Part shown: piece by piece, positions 40,901 through 54,814 of the stretch
How positions within the stretch are numbered: the first letter of the stretch is position 1
How the letters are laid out: every line of letters starts with the position of its first letter
Source of the DNA: Octopus vulgaris
Taxonomy: Eukaryota
Direction: 5' to 3'
Length of the DNA stretch: 64,000 nucleotides
NCBI GenBank assembly: GCA_951406725.2
Contig: OX597815.1
Location: forward strand, 5,890,001-5,954,000
Notes under the pieces: generated by a model
Told to the model about the DNA's origin: nothing
The model's input: only the letters and a program-made list of their open reading frames with translations
Database searches by the model: none
Program-made: the position numbers and the translations under genes

Positions 40901-41839
40901 GGAAAACGGACGCTAAATGATGATGATGTACCAGCTGTGTTAGAGTGACCATTGTGGTCTACCAGGCTGTAGACCTACTTACATTCTCAGTTGTTGGCCA
41001 CACCATGACCAGAAAATGTATTTTAACCAAGTGGTCAGTCCCGTTAAAAGTTGGTCCTCACTTCATCAGAAGTTCTCTCCATACAAAAAATGGAACTTAT
41101 TTCCCTCACCACACCCAGCAATTACACATACACATATTCGAGTGTGTGGCCTTAGCCGTGGGGTCACTTCGTTAATCTCAACTCTCGTTGATGATGATGA
41201 TCCACGCTCATCCATGTTCTTCAAAATCCAACACTTCAACCTGTCTCTTCATCTCCATCTCTCGCTACATCTCACACTTACCCTCTCTTCATTCCACAAC
41301 AGTCATCACTTGGATGCTGACATGATAGACAAGTGTCTCTTCAACCTTTTTACCCACTACAGTTCTATATTTAAGAGATGAGGAATTATGTGCATTATTT
41401 ACATTCAACGGATATTTGACCTATTAACAACAAGACGGGGACAAATATCCGTTGAATGTAAATAATGTAAATAATGCACTTTTTGCCCTTGCATAACCCT
41501 TAAAATAAACTTACATGTCTCAAAGAACTTCTGCACAAAAGAAAATTATATACCTTATTTTTCTCATATTTTTTTCAACATAGTTCATGTGGTAAATATC
41601 ACGTGTGTGTGTGTGTGTGTGTACATAAATAATATATAAATATATGCATATATACATGCATATATGTGGGTACAGGACATCAAAAAAACGTGAACAAAAT
41701 GAGAAACGAAAACATAAAAAAAAAACAAAAGCATGGAAAACAAACTTTTTGTTTGAACAACGAAAGAAACAAAAAGAGAAACGAGACAGGCAACATAAAG
41801 AACAATCCCTTTATCAGTTGTCCCCTGTTTTATCTGCTC

Positions 41840-42240
41840 CCACAAAGTTATCAACCACCTCACCAACAACAACACTGAACACCTTTTTGATCTCAATGTG
41901 TCTAACACACGTGGATATGCCTACAAAGTCAGAAAACAACACAGCTCCCATGACTTTCGGAAACATTTCTTCACGCTCAGAGTTGCTGAAGCATGGAACG
42001 AACAGCCTGTGTCAGTTGTTGACTGCCATGACACTGCATCCTTTAAGGCCCTCATCCTTCCGAAATCCGCCGAAACTACACCTGATTGTCCCCTTTCCAT
42101 ACTCATACACATACGTGTATGTCATGACTCATGCACTGTTCTTTTCCTGACGCTTGTACATTACCCTATGTACTATACATACACTTTAGATGAGTTGTAG
42201 TGCACCTGAGCACTGTACACAATGTTTTATTATTATTATT
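41840..42240 (+). mobile_element. CR1-clade LINE 3' end
   Basis: NTRGYAYKV...RKHFFTLRVAEAWN motif, 3' UTR and (TTA)n tail. Confidence 0.85.
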
Positions 42241-42854
42241 ATCTATCTATCTATTTATCTAGCTAGCTAGCTATGTGTGTGTGTGTGTGTGTGTGTATTT
42301 AATGGCTGAGAGGGAAGTTATAGAATGTTGCTCTAACATTCACCTTTGATTGGAATGCTTCATACAGCAAAAACACTTGTAAGCTCATGGAACTGAGGAT
42401 ATAACACCTGTTCTTTTATCAGCCTTTTGTTGAGATACAATAAAAGCTGTGTGTGTGTGTGTGTGTGTGTTCATATTATCCAACATGACCTTTACTGAAG
42501 ATCTGGTGTGATTTCAGGTAAATTTGGCAGCTATTTCTAGCTTGTCTAGCAACCACATGTAGCTTCCTTAGGTGATGTATTAATCTTGTAATGATTCTAG
42601 GATCTAGAATTGTTCAGGATCTAGAACTGTTCCTGACTAAACTAGAATTGTTGTTGTTGTTGTCATTGCAGTTTACCACTACCATTATTCCAACCACCAA
42701 AATATTAGGTGCCTTAGTTTTTGTCTGGTTTGTTTGTTTGATTGTTTGTATGTGTTAGTGTCCCCTCAGTTGTTGTCTCAGAAACTATTAAAACTAATAA
42801 ATCCTACATTCAGTCCTGTCCTCCCAAAATTTCTTCAATCAAGTTATTTAAATA

Positions 42855-43291
42855 CTAGCAGTATCGCCTGGCATTCCTCGGGTTTGTTTTGACCCTTTAG
42901 AATTGGAATTTTTGAAAAGTAAACAGTTGGCATTCCTCGGGTTTGTTTTGACCCTTTAGAATTGGAATTTTTGAAAAGTAAACAGTTTGCATTATGTAGC
43001 TTGTTATTCTCTTTAAGTGAACATTTTTCTGGTTGAAATACACCGAAAAATGGCGACACAGCAGTCAAAAAATTGTAAAAAATAAAGATTTTCATAGGAA
43101 AAAAAAGCACCTTTTTGATGTAAACAATTTTTGGTGTTAACATGGTCTGATTTGAATTTTTTCTTGTACGGAAGGAAGAGCAAGCCTTCTTCTATCATAC
43201 TCTCAATTTTTGTCAACTTGTGCTGCAGGGTCTCGGAGGAGATAGTGTTAGGTGAAGGCTACAGACAACTTCAGCTTTATATAGAGAGAGA
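42855..43291 (-). mobile_element. Non-autonomous Helitron with an internal ~59-bp tandem duplication
   Basis: 5' TC (tctctctctatataaagc), 3' hairpin plus CTAG, inserted in an AT dinucleotide; same family as 53088 and 61683. Confidence 0.85.
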
Positions 43292-43539
43292 TTTATAACG
43301 TATGCAGTTCAGTTTTAGTCAACATGATATGTAAGTCATTAAAAAAAATCCGCAGTCAAATAGTTTCGAGCCTGGTCCCACTGTGTGGCCCCTTGGGGAA
43401 GTGTCATCTACTGTATCCCCAGGCCAACCAAAGCCTTGAGAGTGGATTTAGCAGACAAAAACTGAAAGAAATCAGTTGTATCTTGTATCTATATATACAT
43501 ATGTTTATACATGTGTGTACACATGTACATGCATGTGCA

Positions 43540-45100
43540 TTTGTCTGCAAGATCCATCTCCCAGATGAGCTGGGACACATTATCAGCAATGTCACCTAAA
43601 GTCGCCAGATATTTCAGTCCTTCAACATCAAAATCCCTTGCCCCGAGATCACATTCGAGGACCTATGCTCTCAATCAAGCGCCACCTGGTGGTGTTTTCT
43701 TGAGCTTCACTCGTTGACTGAATGACTCTCTTCTTTCCTTCCCCTGCAAATTTCAATTGGTTAAGGACTTTGCAGGGAACCCCATCCTGCAAAACTTGTA
43801 CAGCCCACTTCTATAAGCTCATAATTTGTTTGCCAGCCCTTATCCTGACCCTTCTTCCTCAGTTCTTGGTACTTCACACATTTCTTTTCTTCCCTCTTTG
43901 GCTTGTTCAATACACTCTTCCTGAAGTACCATACTTCCAGCGTGGTCATTTGTTTGGTGTTTCAGAGATGAAGATCATCTCTGGCCAGGACAATATTGGT
44001 TCTATGGGCCGTAAAAACTTCAGTTCTCTGTCCAAATTGACAGAGTGCTGCCCTTGTTTTCATTTGTGAATGTGGTTTCTCTCCAGCTTTGACAAATCCA
44101 ATTGCCCTCATTGAGGCATGGCTAAGCTCTCAGCAACCATGTTGAACACTTGATCATGGTGCTTCTGATACTTACCTTCCGTATGGGCTTTTGGGCAGTT
44201 GTTAAACTGATGTTCTAAGAATCCCTTTCCAGAGCAATGTGGGCAGAATGGTGTCTCATTCTTGCCCCCAGCTGTGGAGGTTAGCAAGACTTGAAAAGGA
44301 ATCATCACCAACCTAAACAAGGACCTGCACATGATAAAAGTGTGCAGGGATGATGTTTGATGTTTGACCAAGTAATCCTGCATTTCTGCACCCTTCCCCA
44401 CCTTGCCCATGGCCCCTGCTGCCTGAACCCCTAGATTCTGATCTATCAATTTCCCTCGACATTTACTCAAACCTGCTTTTGAATGAGATAATGTCTCTCT
44501 TTCCTTTGGGCCTTGCTAATTTAGGTCTCCAGAAAGGATCTCAAGCCCACTCTACCAGTTGCCAAGATACCCACCAACTCATTTTGCCCTGGGTATGACT
44601 CTGCTTCTTGCACTGTTTCCTCTGCCTTTATTTCCTCCTTGTTCACACCCTGGTACCTATTTCTTTACTACCCACAAGGGACTAAACACAGAGAGGACAG
44701 ACAAGGGGATTAAGTCAATTATATCGACCCCAGTGCGTAACTGGTACTTAATTTATCGACCCCAAAAGGATGAAAGGCAAAATTGACCTCGGCGGAATTT
44801 GAACTCAGAACGTAACGGCAGACGAAATACCGCTAACGTTTCTGCCAGCCTGCCGCCTAAAACCTGGTACCAGCTGATCCGTAGACTCCTTGTACAATAG
44901 GAGTTCTCTTCCTTGTGTTACCTTAAATTATTCCCTGAGGTCACTGAATGAGAGTTGTAAGATGTTGCTGGCCTCATAATGTGCTTACACTACTGAGGCC
45001 ACTTGCAGAGAAAGCCACTGACCTTCCTTTCAAGAGACTCTAATATTGTTAATGAAGCCCACTGGGGCCACAGGATTCAGGACAGGATAAAATTTTGCTA
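43540..45100 (-). mobile_element. HERO/R2-like RLE non-LTR retrotransposon relic, interrupted by a SINE
   Basis: CPHCSGKGFLEHQFNNCPKAHTEGKYQKHHDQV zinc knuckle; K..KYQEL...IEVGC endonuclease motif. Confidence 0.75.
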
Positions 45101-45542
45101 AAAGCAGACCTTAATCTGTTTCCCTCTTTGTCCAAATATGAAAAGAATATCATGTTTATCAGTGAGCAGGAAACATGGCCATGAGGGTGCCAGAGTCCAA
45201 TATAATTTCATTATACAAATCCTTGCCTTTAGAATTTTCTGTAAAACTTTAATATAAGGGGCACTGGTCCGTATGAATAGCTGGAAATGGACACATACTA
45301 CTAAATAGGATGGTATAAGAAAATATGGAGAATGAACCTCTCTACCAGATTATCTTCTAAACGTACAAATTCTGCATGAATTAGAAAACAGTGGCAAGTG
45401 AAGATTTGGTAAATAATATTATAAGTTTTCACCAAATATTGACAATAAAAAACAGTTTAATATTGGAGCATATAAACCACCATAACAGAAGTAAAAAAAC
45501 AAAAATGGGTGTTTGCCCACTTTCTCCATTTTGGGAATTTAA

Positions 45543-45762
45543 CCCTTTAGCATTTAAACCGGCCATATCCTGCCCAAATTTTCTCCTTCTTTTATGTTCA
45601 AACCATCTAGATCTGGCCTCTCACTCATATCCTACAATGCCATCTTCAAAATAAACCATCACATCATCAGATTCTCAGAGCTAAAAGATAATGCAGGATT
45701 AATTCATAACAATGTGAATGAAAAAGCATTATATTTGACAGAGTAATCTGAACACTAAAGGG
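45543..45762. mobile_element. piggyBac-like MITE
   Basis: TTAA-ccctttag ... ctaaaggg-TTAA; inverted related copy at ~58105-58315. Confidence 0.75.
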
Positions 45763-48700
45763 TTAAATGCCTTAATATGACTTTTTTACATGTTTCAGTC
45801 ATTTGACTGTGGCCATGCTGGAGCACCACCTTTAGTCGAGCAAATTGACCCCAGGACTTACTCTTTGGAAGCCTGGTACTTATTCTATCGGTCACTTTTG
45901 CTGAACCGCTAAGTTACCGGGACATAAACACACCACCATCAGTTGTCAAGCGATGTTGGAGGGGGGGGGCAACCACAGACACACAAACATATACACACAA
46001 ATACACATATGTATATATATATATACATATATATGACGGGCTTCTTTCAGTTTCCATCTACCAAATCCACTCACAAGGCTTTGGTCCGCCCAATGCTATA
46101 GTAGAAGACACTTGCCCAAGGTGCCATGCAGTGGGACTGAACCCGGAACCACGTGGTTGGTGAGCAAGCTACTTACCACACAGCCAACTATTTTCTGTAA
46201 TAAATATACAGTGAAAGCTTATAATTATATTTACTAGCAGGCTACATAAATTCTTTGTTATTTGTAAAATTAACTAAAACAGAGGTGTGAATTTCTACAG
46301 AAATATAGTAGCAAAAAGATTCAAGGGATTTAAATTAAAAACTCCCATCAAAATCTTTTTATAACCTAAGCTTAATAATGACAAAGTCATTTTATTAAAG
46401 TCTCAGGTTTTTTTCAAACTCAATTGAAACAAATGCTGTGCTTTTCAACAGAAGTATGGTACCAAAAGTTTAATGCCAGACAGCATTCTGTCCAATTCTC
46501 TACCAATTCTATCATTCCACTACTTTTTGGAACAAGCTGCATATGGGATTAAACCACCCTGAGGCTAATAGCATTGGGAAGCAGGTAGACTAGGGCGAAG
46601 GTAACCAGCACGTTTTAACGATTCACTGAAATTCATTAAGGGTTGTGCAAAGGAAAGCCAGCTCTGAGTGGTCAAGTGGTCAATTTGGCAGCAGACATGT
46701 GATGTCCAGGAATGTCCCTGTGGATCTGTGAGACATGGAGAATGAAAATAATCAAAACAAATATCATACAAAGTATTTTGTCTGATACTCTAAGAATTCC
46801 AGTTCTGCTCATCCTCTACCCTGGCAGGATTTGAACTCGGGACCTAAAGAATCAAGACAAATACCTCACAAGATATTTTGTTTAAATATTCTACAATTCT
46901 GTCAATTCACAATTAGACAAACATAATAATAATATTTATAATAATTTCCGTGGAGGCACAATGGCCCAGTGGTTAGGGCAGCAGACTTGTGGTTGTAGGA
47001 TTGCGGTTTCGATTCCCAGACCGAGCGCTGAGAGTGTTTATTGAGCGAAAATACCTAAAAGCTCCACGAGGCTCCGGCAGGGGGTGGTGGCGATCCCTGC
47101 TAATGATTCTGCCAGCTCGCCACTTTTAATAATAATAATAATAATAATAATCCTTTCTATTATAGGCACAGCCCTAAAACCTTGGAGGAGGGGACTAGTT
47201 GATTACATCGACCCCAGTGTTTCCATAGTAATTAATTTATTGACCCCAAAAGGATAAAAGGCAAGGTTGACCTCGGCAGAATTTGAACTCAGAACATAAT
47301 GGCAGACGAAATACTGCTAAACATTTCACCCAGCGTGCTAACGATTCGACCAGCTCATCGCAATGATGACGACGACAACGATGACGATTGCTTCTGTCAA
47401 TTTTGACATGAGTGTTTGAAGGATTTTGAGGATTTTGAAGAAAGAGAAAAAAGAAAAGATAATGTTATCAGATTTTTATATATATATATATATATAAAGC
47501 GTAAAGAAACATGGCCATCACTTGTGAGTGAGTGAGAGTTGGGAGTGTGTACCATGTTCTCACTAACTGCTTTCGGTGTCTATGTAGCCATGAATAGGCA
47601 CAAACATGCTTTTGTGTCCTCCCGTTGTGGACTCGGCAGAGCACCCACAATGCAACAGTTGAAGGAAAAGAAAAAAACTGCATAACAGCTTAGTAAGAAC
47701 TCCTTTACAACTGAGAAGACTGAATCAGAGTGAAATGAAGACAATACACTGCCCAGTCCAAGAATTGAACCAGCCGCTTTATGGTTGTAAGCACAACAAC
47801 CCTAACCACTAGGCCATGTGCCCTCACATAGTACTGAATTAATCCTGAAATGATACTAACCTAATTAGACTAATCATAATAGCAGTTTCTAATTTAGGCA
47901 CAAGATCAGGGATTATGAAAGAAGGGATTAGTTGACCCCTTAAACCCCATTACTTGATTTGTACTTTATTAACCCCAGTGGGAAGAAAGGTAAAGTTGGC
48001 CACAGTAGGATTTGGGGTGGAATTCTGCAATAACCTTTTATGACTTTTTTATTTTTTGGAATTTCCATAAAAATCCTGTGAATTTGTGTTATCATCATCA
48101 TCAGCATCATCATCATCGTTTAACATCTGTTTTCCATGCTAGCATGGGTTGGACGTTCAACTGGGGTCTTGGAAGCCAGGAGGCTGCACCAGGCTCCAGT
48201 CTGATCTGGCAGTGTTTCTACAGCTGGATGCCCTTCCTAATGCCAACCACTCTGAGTGTAGTGGGTGCTTTTTACGCGTCACCGACACAGATGCAGGAAT
48301 TCATACAACTATGAAAAAAGTTTTTTGGAATCTTTTGAATTATTTTTTTAAATCACAGTTTAAAATACGGACAGTCTGAATTTTTGGTTTGACCCTTTCG
48401 TGACCAACCTGGCTGAAACCAGCTCTGGCTCGGTAGTACAAATGCCTTGTTTTCATAAGTTTTTAATTAAAATCTTCCACCAAATCTTAATCACAATTTA
48501 TGTTCCTTCCAGTGCTACCATAATCGTAATAATGGTTCCAAACCTTGGCTCTGTGAGGCTGAAGTGGGTCGGAAGTATAGGGTCAGTGATGTCACACAAA
48601 CAACCCAGGGGCCTTGCCAGAAGGAGAGGAGCAAGGGAGGTCATGTGAGCAGAAGGAGCACTAGTGTGGGCCTTTTTTACTTTGGGGATGGTTCTCTGGA

Positions 48701-50255
48701 CAGACGTAGTGGCCACATCAGTTGAGGGAATTTGCCATAAGGCTCTGGCCAGAGGTTAGGTGGGTACAGCCCCTTTGGATATATTCCAATATTTGACTGG
48801 ACATTACAAGAGGACCCATGAGACAGGTGAATTGCATTACATTCTTTACCCCATACCAAAAACACAAACAAGACCAGCAATTCCAGGGGAATGGATAAGC
48901 CAATTACATCAATCCCAAAGTTCAACTGGCATTCTATTTTACAAACCCGAAAGAACAAAAGACCCCAGAGGAATTTGAACTTGGAATGCAAGGAGCTGCA
49001 AGAAATGCCATTGAGCATTCCATCCGACACACTAACACCTCTGCCAGCTTACTGCCTTAAATAATTACTCCAAATTTTGGCACAATGCCAGCAATTCTAG
49101 AGGAGGAGTAGGTCAGTTTTTTTTTTTTTACCCCAGTGTTCAACTGGTACCTGTTTTATTGCCCCTGAAAGGATGAAGGGTCAGAACATAAAGAACCTGA
49201 AGGCTGTTATGTGTTTTTTTTTGACTCGTTAATAATTCATAATATTTGCCCAAGGTGCCATACAGTGGGATTGAACCTGAAACCATATGGCTGCATAAGA
49301 AACTGCTGCAACTATGTAGGCAGTTAGTTTTGTTGGTCAGTTTCCATCTACCAAATCCAGTCACAAGGTTTTGGTCAACCTGGAGCTATAGTAGAAGACA
49401 CTTGCTTAAGGTGACACACAGTAGGATTGAACCCAGATCCCTGTGGTTGGGAAGCAACCATCTTACCACACAACCACACCTGTGCATGTGTAACAGTACA
49501 CAATAACAGTAGTAAGCTAGAAACAGAGCTGTTTTAAGGCGGCGAGATGGCAGAAACATTAGCACGACAGGCGAAATGCTTAGCAGTATTTCGTCTGCCG
49601 TCACATTCTGAGTTCAAATTCCGCCGAGGTCGACTTTCCTTTTATCCTTTCGGGGTCGATTAAATCCGCCGAGGTAAGTAAGCAGTTATACACTGGGGTC
49701 GATATTATCGACTTAATCCGTTTGTCTGTCCTTTTTTGTCCCCTCTGTGTTTAGCCCCTTGTGAGTAGTAAAGAAATAGGTATTTCTATGTCTTTACATT
49801 CTGAGTTCAAATTTCCGCCAAGGTTGACTTTACCTTTCATCCTTTCTTGGTCGATCAATTAAGTACCAGTTATACACTGGGGTCGATATTATCGACTTAA
49901 TCCGTTTGTCTGTCCTTTTTTGTCCCTTCTGTGTTTAGCCCCTTGTGGGTAGTAAAGAAATAACTATGTTCTGAGTTCAAATTCCGCCGAGGTAGGCTTT
50001 ACCTTTCATCCTTTCGGGGTCGATAAATTAAGTACCAGTTACGCACTGGGGTCGATATTATCGACTTAATCCGTTTGTCTGTCCTTTTTTGTCCGTTCTG
50101 TGTGTAGCCCCTTGTGGGTAGTAAATAAATAAGAAACGGAGCCGTTTTGCTCTGCCCCAACAGTAAATAAGCAAACACCTCTTACCATTCCATCTGAATG
50201 TTTCTTTTGTACTTTTGCAGGTTTTCCATTCTTCACTTGATTCCTTCATCTCAGA

Positions 50256-50391
50256 ATGGCAGCTGCAAAGAATAAGACGGCCAAGAAAGCTGATGCCCCA
50301 GCTGCTGAACCTGTAGAGGGCAAGGAAGACAAAGAGAGCAAATCACCTGGAGATGCTCCAGCCCAGGAGGAAGATGCAAAGTCTAATGAAG
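50256..50391 (+). CDS. Coding exon 1 of a 74-aa Lys/Ala/Glu/Pro-rich protein (MAAAKNKTAKKADAPAAEPVEGKEDKESKSPGDAPAQEEDAKSNE)
   Basis: Acceptor ttttgtacttttgcag| at 50220; 35-nt UTR with an in-frame upstream TGA (50238-50240); ATG at 50256; donor aag|GTAATT at 50392, phase 1. Confidence 0.85.
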
Positions 50392-50765
50392 GTAATTAGT
50401 TTTACCTGTGCAGGTGTGTGTGTGTGTGTGCATGTGTATGTGTGTGTGTATGGTGTGTGTGCATGTGTGTATCCATGTGTATGTGTGTGTGCTTGTGTGT
50501 ATCCATGTATGTGTGTGTGTGTCCATGTGTGTGTGCTTGTGTGTATCCTTGTGTGCGTAGGTGTCTGTCCATATGTGTGTATATGTCTGTGTGTCCATGT
50601 GTGTGTACGTGTCTGTATGTCCATATGTGTGTACATCTCTGTGAGTTCATGTGTGTATGTGTGTGTGTATCAATGTGTGTGTACGTATGTATCCATGCAT
50701 GTGTATGTGTGTCTTTATGTGTTTGTGTCCATGTATGTGTACATGTGTGTGTGTGTACATGCATA

Positions 50766-51155
50766 TCTTTATATCTTTATATATAAAAGTCAAGTTGTGT
50801 GTCTGTCTCCTACGATTTAGATTCCTAACTACTCCCACATTTTGCGGTGCAGTTTAACCAAAACCGGGTATCTTATAGTCGTGATTCATATCGAGCCCTT
50901 CTGGGTATTAGCGCACATCTATGATTTAAAAAAAAGTTTACCATCAATTTTTCCCATTTTAATGCATTTTTGGCATATATAAGGGAAGTAACTCTCTAAA
51001 AATTTTTATTAAATCTCAGAACGTAAAAAGCTACAGTAACACCCCCCCCCTTTGTGGTTAGCCATATTGAGATGGCTATTATACTTTACATCTCTAAAGA
51101 TGCTTATGTAGTTATTTCCCTTACAAACCCGAGCAACGCCGGGCGATACTGCTAG
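50766..51155 (+). mobile_element. Non-autonomous Helitron, second subfamily
   Basis: a|TC start; 3' end aaacccgagcaacgccgggcgatactgCTAG|t. Confidence 0.8.
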
Positions 51156-51429
51156 TATGATATACAGTACAAAGAGGTTACCAGTTGAAATACACTTGGG
51201 GCATATTTGGACCTGTAAGAAACCCTTTCGGTGTATTTTGTCATGGAGAACATTGACAAATAGGTAGAACTGCCTGTATGTAAGAAAGGGAGAGAGAGAG
51301 AGAGAGTGTCGAAAGGAGAGATGTAGAGTTGCTCAATAAAGAAAGCATTTAGTGGCACTCGAATAATTTGAACTTACACATCGAAATTTTTACTGAAGGC
51401 TGAGTCCATGGGTTAAAGAGTGGCTGTAA

Positions 51430-52570
51430 GAGGAATCCCAGTGAACTGATATGGAGATAAGGATGCAAACAAACAAACAAACATGCTTGGGTTTGGAGAA
51501 AGACCGTGGCCCACCAGGAATCACTGCTGAGATGCTTAAAATATCTGGTGTAATGGGATATGGTCTAGTCACCTGTTGAGTTAATCAGGTTGTCCACGAG
51601 GGAGTCATACCCAGGTGTAGCAGCATTATAGTCAACTGCTACGAAGGTAAAGGTGATGCCTTAGACAGAAATAATTACAGAGGCATCAAATCGTTGGACC
51701 AGGTGATGACAGGTATGGATGGGGTCACGACTCTGCTTATTAGGAAGAGAGGGGCAGTTTGGTTTGGCACCAGGGAAAAGCACTACTGATACCATCTTCC
51801 TATTATTCAGGTCACTACCTGGAATCGAACTCGGAATCTTGGGGTTAGTAGCCCGCACTCTTAACCACTACGCCATATGCCCATGGGCATATGGTAACTG
51901 TAACTGTAGGAGAAGCAGTTTACCAAAAATAAACCTCTGTACTTGGCTTTTGCCGATGTGGAGAAAACCTTTGACAGGGACCTCTGCTCCCTTATCTGAT
52001 GGTCAATACAGGAGCTAGGGAGAGATGAGTGGATGGTGAGAGCCATACAACCCATGTATAGGGATGCTGTCAATAAGGTGAAAGATGGCAACGAGTATAA
52101 CAATGAATTCAGTGTACAGGTAGAAGTTCACCAAGGATCAGTTCTTGGCCCCCTCATGTTTATCATTGTCCTCCAGGCTACAACAGAAGAATTTAAAACT
52201 GGTTGCCCTTGGGAGCTCCTCTACCCTGCTGACTTTGTTCTTATAGCTGAATGATTACCAGAACTAGAGAAGAAATTTCAGGTGTGGAAGCAAGGTTTGG
52301 AGTCAAAGGGCCATAGAATTAATTTAGCAAAGACCAAAGTCTCAGTGAGTATGAAAGCAGACAGATCACAAATCCCTTCAGGGAGATGGCTCTGCTCAAT
52401 CTGTAGAACAGGTGTGTGTAGAAACTCCATAAGGAATACCTAGTGAAAGCTATGGACACATAAGAGATGCATCAGTATCAGAAGGAGGTTATCAGAGAAA
52501 ATGGTCTTTATGTGTGACAGGTGTGTGGCTACAATAAACACCAGAAATGTATAGAGAATAGATTTCGTCC
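51430..52570 (+). mobile_element. RTE (BovB-like) LINE reverse transcriptase relic
   Basis: GKGDALDRNNYRGIK, QFGLAPGKSTTDTIF, VHQGSVLGPLMFIIVL and a degenerate YADD (YPADF); SINE insertion at 51.8 kb. Confidence 0.85.
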
Positions 52571-53087
52571 AATGCCTGGCACCTGTGCAGGTGGCACGTA
52601 AAAAGCACCATTTGAGCATGGTCGACGCCATTGCTGCCTGATTGGTCTCATGCCAGTGGCACATAAAAAGCACCATTCAAGCGTGATCATTGCCAGTACC
52701 ACCTGACTAGCAGGTAAAAAACATCCACTACACACTACACTCACGGAGTGGTTGGCGTTAGGAAGGGCATCCAGCTGTAGAAACTCTGCCAGATCAGATT
52801 GGAGCCTGGCACAAGCTCCTGGCTTGACAGTCCTCAGTCAAACCGTCCAACCCATGCCAGCATGGCAAACGGACGTTAAACGATGACGAGGATGATGATG
52901 ATGATTTGATGTCTGTTTTTCTATGCTGGCATGGGTAGGACTGTTTGACAGTGGCTGGCAAGGCTGGAGAGCTGCCCAGGCTCCAGTTGTCTACTTTGAC
53001 ATGGCTTTTACGACTGGATTCCCTTCCTAAAGCCAATCACATTACAAAGGAAACCAGGTACTTTTTATGTGGTGCCACCACTGCATA

Positions 53088-53480
53088 TCTCTCTCTATAT
53101 AAAGCTGAAGTTGTCTGTGTATGGCAGGTTTGGTAGCCTTCAACAAACACTATCTCCTCCGAGACCCTGCGGCGCAAGTTGACCAGAATTGAGAGTATGG
53201 TAGAAGAAGGCTCGCTCTTCATTCCGTAGAAGAAAAAATTCAAATCGGACCATGTTAACACCAAAAATTATTTATATAAAAAAAGGTGCTTTTTTTCTAA
53301 GAAAATCCCTATTTTTTACAATTTTTTGACTGCTGTGTTGTCATTTTTCAGTGTATTTCAACCAGAAAAATGTTCACTTAAAGAGAATAACAAGCTACAT
53401 AATGGAAAACTTTTACTTTTCAAAAATTCCAATTCTAAAGGGTTGAAACAAACCCGAGCAATGCCGGGCGATACTGCTAG
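53088..53480 (+). mobile_element. Non-autonomous Helitron
   Basis: a|TC start, subterminal hairpin, CTAG|t end. Confidence 0.85.
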
Positions 53481-54772
53481 TTTTTATTAATGCCATTGAG
53501 AATTGTTGAGACACAACTCAAATCCCATCTTTTAGTCTTCATTTCTACTCTGTAAATGGATCATCATAAGACCAGAAAATTTTCAGCACTATCTTTTTTT
53601 TTTTTACTGGCTTCAGTCATTGGATTGCAGCCATGCTGGGGCACCACTTTGAAGAATTTTAGTTCAACAGCAACACCAGAACATGTTTTTGTTAAAGCCT
53701 GGTATTTATTTTGTTGGTCTCTTTTGCCAAACGACTAAATTACAGGGACATAAACACACCAACATCGGTTATCAAATGGTGGTAGAAGACAAACACACAC
53801 AAATACACTTATATACATATTAGAAGGAAACCACCATGTGGACACCCTTATGCTAGAAATAGATCCGCTATGGTCTTACCACTAAGGAACGTTCTCAAGT
53901 GGTAAGGCCATAGCAGATCTATTTCTAGCATAAGGGTGTCCACATAGTGGTTGCCCTCTAATATATATATAATACAATTTTACTGAAGCTTCAGTTTTTT
54001 TTATATGCTAGATCACATATATGTGTGTGTGTGTGAGACTGGCTTCTTCCAGTTTCTGTCTTCCAAATCCACTCACAAGGTTTTGGTCAGCCCAGAGCTA
54101 TAGTATAAGACACCTGCCGAAGATGTCATGCAGTGGGACTGAACCCAGAACCATGTGGTTACAACACAGCCACTTTGATTTTTAAAATTTTTAACTAGGC
54201 GCAGGAGTGGCTGTGTGGTAAGTAGCTTGCTTACCAACCACATGGTTCCAGGTTCAGTCCTTGGGCAAGTGTCTTCTACTATAGCCTCGGGCCGACCAAA
54301 GCCTTGTGAGTGGATTTGGTAGATGGAAACTGAAAGAAGCCCGTCATATATATATGTATGTGTGTGTTTGTGTGTCTGTGTTTGTCCCCCCAACATCACT
54401 TGACAACCGATGCTGGTGTGTTTACGTCCCCGTAACTTAGTGGTTCGGCAAAAGAGACCGATCAAATAAGTACCAAGCTTACAAAGAATATATCCTGGGG
54501 TCGATTTGCTCGACTAAAGGCAGTGCTCCAGCATGGCCTCAGTCAAATGACTGAAACAAGTAACAGAGTAAAAGAGAGAGTAAAGAGTAAAAAGATGTTA
54601 AGAAATATTATAGACTTTATCAAAACACAAGAACCATTGAAGCCAGTCACAGAATTCCATGATTATTTCTTCAGAATCTCCTGTTTTTAATGTCTAAAGT
54701 TCAGTGTTTGTAAATTTTGAATAATATTTCAATATTTTTAAAATTGTCTTTTTTTTCTTTTCCCTTTTCCAG

Positions 54773-54814
54773 CACCCCCTCCAAAGAAACCTGCAAAGAA
54801 AAGCAAGAAGAAGG
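54773..54814 (+). CDS. Coding exon 2 (42 nt, phase 1-1; APPPKKPAKKSKKK)
   Basis: Long pyrimidine tract ending ccag| at 54772; donor agg|GTGAGT at 54815; keeps frame and composition. Confidence 0.85.

Noticed and set aside
41665-41840. Possible further hammerhead (minus-strand CTGATAAAGGG near 41807-41817) in a (TA)-flanked element
   Set aside because: The core is mutated and no matching stem II/GAAA could be found; the element appears truncated by the CR1 fragment
51801-51882. tRNA-like sequence with an ACT anticodon
   Set aside because: Poor acceptor stem, an AAT tail, inserted in a LINE, and a diverged second copy at 37856; treated as a SINE
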